Part shown: positions 50,386 to 59,261 of the stretch, in pieces
How positions within the stretch are numbered: the stretch's first letter is position 1
How the letters are laid out: each line of letters begins with the position of its first letter
Assembly (NCBI GenBank): GCA_965214835.1
Contig: CBDCCK010000002.1
Coordinates: 1-64,000, forward strand
DNA from: Nitrosopumilaceae archaeon
Lineage (GTDB): Archaea > Thermoproteota > Nitrososphaeria > Nitrososphaerales > Nitrosopumilaceae
Length of the DNA: 64,000 nucleotides
Direction: 5' to 3'
Made by a program: the position numbers and the translations under genes
Notes under the pieces: model-generated
Told to the model about the DNA's origin: nothing
Seen by the model: only the letters and a program-made list of their open reading frames with translations
Database searches by the model: none

Positions 50386-53300
50386 GGTGTGGTCTCCTCA
50401 AAGTATTGGATGGCAAGCTCTGCCATCTCCCCGTAGAACTCCTTTAGGTTTTTATCATTCCATGTTATTTCGTTAAGATCGTATAGTTTGGGATTCTTTT
50501 TGAATATATTGAACGTACTGATTACAAACCTGTATTCATCAAGGGCCAGACCGTAGGATAAGGCAACCAATACGTCCAATTCTGCTGCAGTTTCTATTCT
50601 CTGGGCAGGTGAAAGCATATGATTTGAAATCCTCATGGATTCGGCAATCCCTTCAAACTCAGGAGTTCCAACCACTAACTTTACCACAAGATTTGCAATT
50701 CTCTCTTCATGATGAGTCTTGGGCAAGATCAGAGACTTGAATGCTGTGGCTAAATCCATGTTTGTTTTTGCACGTGCCACAAAATCAAAGGTTGTTGAGT
50801 TTATCACGCCGCACAGGTATAGTATTTTCCGATTATATGTCGCGTCTAGGGTAATTTTTTGATCATGTTTTAAGACTAGGCTTATCAGCTTATGAGTGTG
50901 AAATGTGTGCGGCGGTATTATGGTACTTATGGCAGTACGCAAACGCGTAGGATGTGTGACTTCTCTAAACACAAGTCTGTATGAGTTATGAACATCAACA
51001 TGTTTTCCAAGGTAAATTTTCTTTCTGCCCTCCCTCTCCAAACCTTTTCTTCTGTCTACACTAAATGTGGGAGGAGACCATCTGTGATTGTACTGGTGCA
51101 TGTTTTTGCCCTCAAAGAGAGGCCATCCACTACCACCTTCAGAGAACAGATCCGAGTCGTTTGTTTTGTGGAGACCTCTTGATAATTCAACACTCCATCC
51201 GCCATCTAGTTCCATAGGACTGTTGTTTTTTGATATTTTTTCAAGGATTTCGAGACCAGTTCCTGCAGTCTCTGGTATCTGATATGATCTAGGAGACAAT
51301 TCCTTTATCTTTTTGGCGGACAGCATTCCAAACTTCTCTGTTTCCTTGCTATTATCGGTCAACGACATCATATTGTGAAGATAAAATCCAACTGGAAAGT
51401 CTCCAGAATCGGATGAGTTGCGTACACCCATCAACACGAATCGATAACTTGAATCAATAGCAAATATCTTTTTTTTATTATCAAAGACATAAAGAGACAA
51501 TACATTTTTGTCAAGTATCTGTTTTCGTAAATCTATGGCACCAGCACTAGAAACAAACGAGGATGGGATAACGATTGATATTATACCACGGTCTGCCACC
51601 AGATTCAACACACGTTCTAGAACCAGCTTCCAAAGATCCTTGTCGCCCGTACTTTGCATTTGATATGTTGAATAAAAAGCGTTGTTTTCTACAATCTGTG
51701 TCTCATAGGCATTCCATGCTTTTTGTAATACAGGGTCTTTGAGTAACTGTTTTTTCCTTTTTCCTTTTTTGGTCTTTGGTTTCAAAGATTTGAATTCAGG
51801 ATCAACAGGGGTGAAAAAATCATCATCGTCAGGTTTCATTTTCTTCCAGGGTAAATTACCAACGATTACATCAAACCCACTTCTAACATCCGTAAAGGCA
51901 TCCATCATCTCTATCTCCCAGTGAAGGAAACGGTGTCGTTCTGCCAGCTCGTTGACGGTTTTGCGCGCCCGTGCAAGCTCGGCAGTTTCGGTCTTTGAAT
52001 ATCTGCCGAACCTGTGAATGAACTCGCTTGCGCCCTTTTTTGGCAGGATTTTGGGGTCTATCTTGGATGCAGTCAGCGCATCCAGTATTCGCCTTGTCGG
52101 CTCCAGCGACCTCCTGTATTCATGGTACAGATCCTCGCTTGCACGAACCTGCTGTATCGTAATGTCCGGGCTGGACGATATATCGCATATCATCCTGTTT
52201 GACTCGGCGCCCGGTGACCAGTCATCTAACGTGGCATTTTTCTTGTCCTTTAGATCATCCAGAAACGAGCCGATCGTAGAGTCTCCAGTCTTCAGGTGGT
52301 GATCCATGTACGTCAGCGGGACGCCTATGGCAAACGAGTCAAGCCACAGCGACAATTTTGCAAGATCTACTGCCATGGGATTCAGGTCCATGCCGAAGAT
52401 GCAGCGCTTCATTATCTTGCGTTTCAGCAGGACATCGGCAGTAAGAAGGCCCTCGTCGATGGTTATACCCATGTCCCTCTGCCCGTCTATGACAGTCCTT
52501 CTGTCCTGCTCTATTTCAGATAACAGTGGATGATCCACATGCTGCTTTAGGATTCCCGTGGCCCACAGCGTAATCCTGTTGAGTGCCTCGACCAGAAAGT
52601 GCCCGCTCCCCATGGTGGGATCCAACACCTGTATATCCAGAACGCGATCCATACATGTCTGCAGATCCTTCGGACTCCCACTCTTCCTGTACCGTCGTAT
52701 GTCGTCTGCGACCAGCTTTTCGCGCTCTGCAAGTATTGGATCTAACCCCTGTTTTACCAGAAACTTGACGATTTCGTCCGGGGTGTAAAAGCTTGCAGAC
52801 GTCTTGCGGGATATGATCCCTCCCTTTGATGCCAGATACAGGTCGTTTTTCCTGTAGGAATACGTGGCATCCTTTCTCGTTTCTACCTCCCTTACGCCCT
52901 TTGAATCCTCTAGCAGCATGATGTCCTTGTCGGTCTGGCGCGGACTGTACTCCATGAGCGTCTCAAAGATGTTTCCAAGGTGTCTCACACTGAAATCCAC
53001 ATAATCGATTGCAGAGCCGTCATCCTCCAAGAGGCCGTAAAGCGCCCTTACGATAAACTCATTTCTAATAGATATGTTGTCAACTGCAGGATCACTTTTG
53101 AACAGATCCCCGTTGTACTGCGGGAGGTTGTGCTTCTCACTTCCGTTTCTTATCCCTCCAAACAGGACGGCAAGTGCACTCCAGCATTCGTCACCATCAG
53201 GATTACTCTCAAAGGTGTCAAGCTTTTTTCGGATGGTCTGCAGCGATATGGGGCCGTATCTTGCATCCTTTACGGGCAGGAGATTCCGTGACTCTGCGTA

Positions 53301-54359
53301 TGCCAGGAACCATATCCTGTACATTATCTTCAGAGACGTCCGCTTTGCATCCTCCAATTCTGCAGAGGAGAACGTCTTTTTCATGTCGTGTCCGAGCACT
53401 CCCTTTACTATGTCCAGAAACAGCCCGTCAGGACTCATTATTTTGGCAGAAAGGTTCTCCTCTAGAGTCTTGCCGTAATTTTTCCCTTCATCAAAGAAAG
53501 TGTCAACGTCGGCCTTGTTGTCTTTTTGCAGGAATGACTCTGCTCCAAACAGCATGATAAGATATTTCGTAATGCTGTCATGCTCTGGATCCAGCACGAT
53601 CTCAAAATAGTTCGTGCTCGATGACGAGACCCTGGCAGAATACAGCCTCCATTTGCTGCCGTTGGTAAGTATGGCCCACCTGGCAGAGCTCAACGTTGCC
53701 ACTGCCGTATAACTCGGTGATACGTCTGAGTCATTCACCCTGATGCCAAAGTCGTCCTGTCCCGTAATCGTAATCGAGACTGTGCCGTCATGGTAGGAGC
53801 CTGACGTATTTGAGACATCCCATCCAAGCGTCTCCAACATCCTTTTTGTGTCGCCCATCACACTCTTTACACCGTCCAACCTGGCATCGACGTCCTGGCG
53901 CGCATCCTCAAAGATCCTGCTACGCAGATAGTGGGTTGAAAACAGGCCCTTGTTTACAAAGTCGCCCGTGGCGTTTGGAATTTTGTCGATTAGTTTTTTT
54001 ACGGCAAGCTGCAGGTCAATCTCGTCCTTCACCTCTGCCATTTCTGTGGATTTTAGGATGGATGCAATTCGCTGATACTCTGCGTCGTTTTCCAGAACGG
54101 TGATGTGGCTCTCATCCATCGACTTGAAGAAGAGTAGATTCTTCTCCTCAAAGAACACTATACAGGTGCCAAAGTTCTTTGTCTGTTTCTTTATCTCTGC
54201 AATGTTTTTGGGGCCACGTTCGATTAGTATGATCGGGACTTCTTTGGAGGGGTTCTGGTGGTTAAGACTGTAACAGATCCATCCCTCATGCAGTGGCATT
54301 TCCCTTTTTGCATCAAGGCTGACACCCATGGAGGAGAACAGGGCCTCGAGGCGTGCCAA
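50382..54359 (-). CDS. Large Eco57I/type IIG-like DNA adenine methyltransferase with C-terminal target-recognition region
   Basis: LTNGSKWRLY, YNGDLF, FYTP, DPTMGSGHFL, GNLPW. Confidence 0.85.
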   Translation of the reverse strand: MARLEALFSSMGVSLDAKREMPLHEGWICYSLNHQNPSKEVPIILIERGPKNIAEIKKQTKNFGTCIVFFEEKNLLFFKSMDESHITVLENDAEYQRIASILKSTEMAEVKDEIDLQLAVKKLIDKIPNATGDFVNKGLFSTHYLRSRIFEDARQDVDARLDGVKSVMGDTKRMLETLGWDVSNTSGSYHDGTVSITITGQDDFGIRVNDSDVSPSYTAVATLSSARWAILTNGSKWRLYSARVSSSSTNYFEIVLDPEHDSITKYLIMLFGAESFLQKDNKADVDTFFDEGKNYGKTLEENLSAKIMSPDGLFLDIVKGVLGHDMKKTFSSAELEDAKRTSLKIMYRIWFLAYAESRNLLPVKDARYGPISLQTIRKKLDTFESNPDGDECWSALAVLFGGIRNGSEKHNLPQYNGDLFKSDPAVDNISIRNEFIVRALYGLLEDDGSAIDYVDFSVRHLGNIFETLMEYSPRQTDKDIMLLEDSKGVREVETRKDATYSYRKNDLYLASKGGIISRKTSASFYTPDEIVKFLVKQGLDPILAEREKLVADDIRRYRKSGSPKDLQTCMDRVLDIQVLDPTMGSGHFLVEALNRITLWATGILKQHVDHPLLSEIEQDRRTVIDGQRDMGITIDEGLLTADVLLKRKIMKRCIFGMDLNPMAVDLAKLSLWLDSFAIGVPLTYMDHHLKTGDSTIGSFLDDLKDKKNATLDDWSPGAESNRMICDISSSPDITIQQVRASEDLYHEYRRSLEPTRRILDALTASKIDPKILPKKGASEFIHRFGRYSKTETAELARARKTVNELAERHRFLHWEIEMMDAFTDVRSGFDVIVGNLPWKKMKPDDDDFFTPVDPEFKSLKPKTKKGKRKKQLLKDPVLQKAWNAYETQIVENNAFYSTYQMQSTGDKDLWKLVLERVLNLVADRGIISIVIPSSFVSSAGAIDLRKQILDKNVLSLYVFDNKKKIFAIDSSYRFVLMGVRNSSDSGDFPVGFYLHNMMSLTDNSKETEKFGMLSAKKIKELSPRSYQIPETAGTGLEILEKISKNNSPMELDGGWSVELSRGLHKTNDSDLFSEGGSGWPLFEGKNMHQYNHRWSPPTFSVDRRKGLEREGRKKIYLGKHVDVHNSYRLVFREVTHPTRLRTAISTIIPPHTFHTHKLISLVLKHDQKITLDATYNRKILYLCGVINSTTFDFVARAKTNMDLATAFKSLILPKTHHEERIANLVVKLVVGTPEFEGIAESMRISNHMLSPAQRIETAAELDVLVALSYGLALDEYRFVISTFNIFKKNPKLYDLNEITWNDKNLKEFYGEMAELAIQYFEETTP

Positions 54360-54402
54360 TCAGGCCGCCACCAGCGTTAGGATGTGTAATCTGTTATCTA
54401 GG

Positions 54403-54441
54403 GAATGATCTTGAATGATCTTGAATGATCTTGAATGATCT
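54403..54441. repeat. 10-bp tandem repeat GAATGATCTT x~4 upstream of the MTase
   Basis: Directly visible. Confidence 0.9.
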
Positions 54442-54719
54442 CTCATGCCAACGGGGCTGAACTTAGAACCAATTTTAACGTTCAAGAGCACACATACCGA
54501 TGGCACGAATGCCTTTTAAATATTGTAACACAAACGTCGTGCAAACTCACGTCATGTAGCAGCACGACCAGCATTCATTTCCGAGGTGTCAAGCGCATGC
54601 AAGCAGGCAGTGACAGGATCCAGCCCCCGGTGGATTCTTGCCTTTTGGATTCACAGACGAACCAGGCAGTCTTTACAGGACGCAAGATTGGGAGAATCAC
54701 AAAACTAGAAAAAAACAGG

Positions 54720-55142
54720 TCACGCGCTTTTAGTCATTTTTTGACTTCCGCACGAGCCGCCCTCTTTGACAATTGGCTCGATTAACTGCTCACCGGTACC
54801 TGCATCAAGAACATGTATTATCTTTGCATTGGATTCCGTATAGTCAACCAGCTTCCATACGAGGAAATGCTGGCCAGAGTCGTTTACGGCCTTTGTGAGT
54901 CTGGCCTTCTCAACGTCATATCCCTCCAGTGCCTGCTCTTCTGAGATTGCAAGATCCCGGACATCGTCAATGTCGGCATCCTGTGAAACCTCTATTGTTC
55001 CCTCTGCCTCGCCTATCGGAACGGCCCAGCTTCGTTTGTAGGGCTTGTTCTCCGAGTCGGCCAGCGCAGGAGACACAGAACCAAATACCAAAACTGCCGT
55101 CAGAAGAGACAGCAGGAATACAGGAGCGAGTGCCTTTCCCAT
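54720..55142 (-). CDS. Secreted PepSY-like protein
   Basis: Signal peptide; AISEEQAL...VLDAGTGE. Confidence 0.65.
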   Translation of the reverse strand: MGKALAPVFLLSLLTAVLVFGSVSPALADSENKPYKRSWAVPIGEAEGTIEVSQDADIDDVRDLAISEEQALEGYDVEKARLTKAVNDSGQHFLVWKLVDYTESNAKIIHVLDAGTGEQLIEPIVKEGGSCGSQKMTKSA

Positions 55143-55296
55143 GCAAGTGGTTGTTCAAGACTGCATATAAAGAGTACGGATGGCTTGCATGCACCAGTGT
55201 CGGGTAGCAAGTTTACACATCAGGAGACACTATTCACCAGAGTCTTCATCATTACACATACCATGCAAGACAAAGCTGCATCTACAGAACAAACAG

Positions 55297-55611
55297 TCAG
55301 TACGCATCATCGGGCTTTACAAGCGGAGGATACTCCTCTACGGGCAAAAGCCTCGGATGTCCTGCCTTTATCAGCGTCTCGGTCTCGTAGGGAAACTTGC
55401 TCCAGCCGTTGATGGTGTGCAGCTCGCCGGGAAACAGCCAGTGGCGGATGTCAGACGTGATGCACATCCGCTGCCTTATCGTGTTGTGTAAAATGGGATC
55501 CCTTGACTTTTTCATCCTCCAGCCCTCCTCCATCCACTCCTTGAGCTCCTCCTTGCTGGGACGGAGGAAGGTCTTCATCCTCTCCGGGGTGGCAACGGGT
55601 ACGGCAGGCAT
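55297..55611 (-). CDS. Hypothetical protein (intact paralog of 20919-21176)
   Basis: Motif conservation between the two copies. Confidence 0.65.
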   Translation of the reverse strand: MPAVPVATPERMKTFLRPSKEELKEWMEEGWRMKKSRDPILHNTIRQRMCITSDIRHWLFPGELHTINGWSKFPYETETLIKAGHPRLLPVEEYPPLVKPDDAY

Positions 55612-55789
55612 CTAGCAGATCCCTCCGGTCGTATCTCTCATGACTATCTCACGGAACGATTCCTTATAAGGATAAAATCGCCGCAGGCGTGATGCCGTAC
55701 CTGCCGGGAGAGGCGCGCCGGCGGTCACGGTACGGCAGACTGTAACAGTCTACCCTGAATGATTTGCCAACCCGCACCACGGGTGAAGG

Positions 55790-56611
55790 CTACCTGCCGA
55801 ATCCCCTTCTTGACAGATAGTCCGAGACTATCTTCTGCGCAAGCTCGCCAGGCTCCAGATTCTTCTCGCGCGACAATTTGGACAATCCCCTTGCCTGGTT
55901 TTTGGAGAACCTCAAAGAGACGTTCTGCCTTGCACGAAACGAGTTTGCAAGCCGCTGTACTTCAGAATGCTCTGCCGCACTTCCGAGCTGCTCTAATGCG
56001 TCTACATACCTCTTTTTTTGCGCATGATCATATCTGGAGATCCGTTGAATTACATCCAGTGCGTCTGACGGAACCGTAACGACCCTGCATATCCTGATGG
56101 CATCCCTCCTGGATATTGTTTTTGGGACCATCTCCCTTATCTTGTCAGGGACTGCGCCATACCCCAGGTATTCCCGGAACGTTCTGCGGGAGACACCGAG
56201 TGCCCTTGATGCTGCTGCCACCCCCATCTTTTCTGCCAGAAACTCACACGATGCGGCCATCTCGGAGGCAGACATGTCCCTTCTGTGCAGGTTCTCGATT
56301 ACCGATACTGCCTTTGCATCCTCGATATCGTGCGAGCTTTCACGGGAGAGTATCAGGACGGGAATCGTCTTGGAGCCTAACTTTCTGAGTGCCTCAAGTC
56401 GTCTCTGTCCTGCCATGAGCAGGTACGAGTTTGCGCCGTCTCTTTGCACCATCGGGGGATTCTGCAGTCCCTCCTCTCTTATGGAGCGGGCAAGCGAGTC
56501 GATGTCTGCGCGGTCCAGCGTTCTTGACTGTGCCTCCTCCCATACCGTAATGGAATCAATGGGAACCTCCTTCAGCGAGTACGCGATTGGGTTTTCCTTT
56601 ATGCCTTCCAA
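55790..56611 (-). CDS. ParB/Spo0J-family protein
   Basis: LARSIREEGLQNPP, AGQRRL, IENLHR, HTH-like segment. Confidence 0.85.
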   Translation of the reverse strand: MEGIKENPIAYSLKEVPIDSITVWEEAQSRTLDRADIDSLARSIREEGLQNPPMVQRDGANSYLLMAGQRRLEALRKLGSKTIPVLILSRESSHDIEDAKAVSVIENLHRRDMSASEMAASCEFLAEKMGVAAASRALGVSRRTFREYLGYGAVPDKIREMVPKTISRRDAIRICRVVTVPSDALDVIQRISRYDHAQKKRYVDALEQLGSAAEHSEVQRLANSFRARQNVSLRFSKNQARGLSKLSREKNLEPGELAQKIVSDYLSRRGFGR

Positions 56612-56658
56612 CGGTCTGTATCATGTGGAGCCTCTCTGATAAACTTTTGTAAATCCAG

Positions 56659-57522
56659 TCACTTGTGGGCCGCAAAAATCATCTGAAAGCCGTTTCCCAT
56701 GTATCCATAAGGCACGCTATAGTATGCCAGCATGTATGCGTCCATGAACGAGGCGTCCTTTAAGAAGTCCAGAAAGTCCCACCCGTAGTCGTAGAATACC
56801 AATTGATCATCCGAGAGCGAATTGGAATGGTGTACTGGAGGCAGGACGTGTCTTAGATGGTTGTTTTCAATCCAGGCCCTTCTGACTGTAGTTGTCTCGC
56901 CGGTGAATGGAACGGAGATTAAGAGGATGCCCCCCCCCCGCAACACCCTGTACGCCTCTGAGAGTGTCCTTCTAATGTCCGGGACATGCTCGAAAACATC
57001 GTTTGATACCATGATGTCAAACGAGTCCTCCGGAAAGCTGAGAGACATAGCGTCCTCATGCCTTATGCCGTCTATCACCTCCCCGGGCTTCTTGTCGTAT
57101 CCCCGAAATTCGCTTCCGATCAGGTTGAAGTTAAAAGATCTCTTGGTGTAGGCAAAGGCGTAGGTTGCCGCCTCATACATGAATACGGACTTTGCATCGC
57201 CGGTCTGTTGCTTCTTTAGAAGGTTGAACATGAAGCGCTGCCTGTTTGTCAGCTTGCAGTACTCGCATGTGAGATGTTCCCGGTAGTTGGGAAGGTCATT
57301 TTTTGAGTTCTCCCAGCACATAGAAAACTTTGTATCCCGTCCGCACAGCTGACAGAATCCTATCTGAAACCACCTATCCTTGTCAGCATTTTCTTTGCCT
57401 ATGCGGGACTCGATCATGGTTCTGGAACGTATGCGCGGTACGTATTTTCGGTATTCCTCGATTGATCTTATCCTAACAAGATCCAGATCTGGCACTTTCA
57501 GATTCTCATAGTTCATCAGCAC
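56659..57522 (-). CDS. Class I SAM-dependent methyltransferase
   Basis: DSFDIMVSNDVFEHV..EAYRVLRGGG..SVP. Confidence 0.8.
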   Translation of the reverse strand: MLMNYENLKVPDLDLVRIRSIEEYRKYVPRIRSRTMIESRIGKENADKDRWFQIGFCQLCGRDTKFSMCWENSKNDLPNYREHLTCEYCKLTNRQRFMFNLLKKQQTGDAKSVFMYEAATYAFAYTKRSFNFNLIGSEFRGYDKKPGEVIDGIRHEDAMSLSFPEDSFDIMVSNDVFEHVPDIRRTLSEAYRVLRGGGILLISVPFTGETTTVRRAWIENNHLRHVLPPVHHSNSLSDDQLVFYDYGWDFLDFLKDASFMDAYMLAYYSVPYGYMGNGFQMIFAAHK

Positions 57523-58000
57523 TGTTGGCGTACATGCTGTATTTATATCAGCAACGGTTCAGCAAGCAATAGGATAGCCCCTAGACGGCGTTTCCTACCA
57601 GCGCGTCCCTTATCATTCCCCTCACATTGCGTCCCTGGGAGGTGATCCGGATTAGAGACCTGGCGCCCCCGTCCGTAGCTGTCCTGCTACCGACCTTCCT
57701 GAGAGAGTCGGTTCGAAATCAGCAGATTCTGATTATCTGTGAACGAATTTGCACAAGACGGCTCAAAACATCGACAAGATGCAAAAAACTATCCGTGAAA
57801 TCACCTGAAAAGTTCGTACGGTCTCTAATTTTAGATCATCTCTGGAAGTATTTCCATGCTTCCTACACAAGAACTGGGGCTTCTACCTATCTGCGTCCTG
57901 CGGATGCTGACTCGCAGGCTGGCTCAGGGCGGCACCCTTGCAAGGTGCCTTCCGGCCCGCCCCCATTTCACCAAGCCGCCCCGAACAGATCCGGGATCTC

Positions 58001-58390
58001 CTACTGTCCGTGCCCGTCGACCGTCCCGAGGTAGGCGTCGACGACCTCGGCGGAGCTGCCCTCGGCCAAGACCTTTCCGCCGTGCAGAAATATGGCCCTG
58101 TCGCAGAGGCGCTTTATCTCGTCGGTGTTGTGGGATACGTAGGTTGTGGTCTTTCCCCTCTCCTTGAACTCCATGAACTTGTTGAAGCTCTTCTCCCTGA
58201 ACCTGACGTCCCCTACGGCCAAGACCTCGTCGACTATCAGGATGTCCGGATCGACCTGGACGGCTATGGAAAAGGCAAGCCTTGCAAGCATGCCCGAGGA
58301 GAAGTTTTTCAGCTTTGTGTTGAGGAATTCCCCCACCTCTGCAAACTCTGCTATGTGCTTTATCTTTCTGCTGATCTCGCGCTTTGTAAA
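58001..58390 (-). pseudogene. C-terminal fragment of Wzt/TagH-type ABC ATPase
   Basis: FSSGMLARLAF, DEVLAVGD, VSH; Walker A absent. Confidence 0.8.
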
Positions 58391-58566
58391 CCGGTCTGGA
58401 TTGGCAGCCTGGCGTGTGCTTGTGCTTCTTGGAAGGTGTCCGGGTTCCGACGCTCCGGATTATTTTTTTTCACTTGTCGTTGTCCTCCAGAACCCCGGTT
58501 TTGGTGCCGTCGGCCGGCACAATCCCAGCCTTAAATACGCTGCCAACCCAGTACAGTGTGACAAAC

Positions 58567-58722
58567 GTGAGACTCTCATGCCCGAGATGCGGTAATGCCA
58601 TGAGGGTTGAAGGATACTCCCCGACAATCTGGCTGCTGAAACCCAGGTCGTGGTGGATATGCGACTCGTGCAGCCATGCCATCGACGTCAACTCGTACAA
58701 GGAGTCAGTCTGCTGCCCGTGA
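58567..58722 (+). CDS. Small Zn-ribbon protein
   Basis: CPRCG...CDSC; TTAAATA upstream. Confidence 0.5.
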   Translation: MRLSCPRCGNAMRVEGYSPTIWLLKPRSWWICDSCSHAIDVNSYKESVCCP

Positions 58723-58742
58723 CCGCATACAGGATTGGAGAA

Positions 58743-59099
58743 TCAAAACTCCCAGCCAAATGCAATGTATGCAAGTATGACGGATACCGCCAGTATCGCG
58801 CTGGTCAGAATCCACGATATGACGCCGGAGAGAATGTCTTTTGTTCTCTGGATTATTCGGTGCCGGGTACTCTGGGGGACACGGATGTCGGTGCGTTCTC
58901 CTCTATGATCCCAGGAGAACTCGGATATTACCATGACTAGCATTCCTGCGGCCACCGCACCCATGAGGAATCCCGCCACATCGACTCCCGGGATCGGCCC
59001 GGGCCCGCATATGTCCTCATCACATCCCATGATGCCGGCAATCATGCTGCCGCAGACGCCACCAATGACAGATGTCAGCCCAAGCAGGAACCAGTTCAT
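58743..59099 (-). CDS. Small membrane protein
   Basis: Three hydrophobic segments. Confidence 0.55.
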   Translation of the reverse strand: MNWFLLGLTSVIGGVCGSMIAGIMGCDEDICGPGPIPGVDVAGFLMGAVAAGMLVMVISEFSWDHRGERTDIRVPQSTRHRIIQRTKDILSGVISWILTSAILAVSVILAYIAFGWEF

Positions 59100-59261
59100 A
59101 CAACAAATGACGCATGTCGGGATTTAACACTTGCAACGCGCGGGAACCGGCAACCTGGCGTGTGTCTGTTCTCTCTGGAAAGTGCCACATGCTGGAAATC
59201 CCGGATAAAATACACGCAGCAACACAGGATGACACCTCATGCACCATTGACTGCGGCCGGG

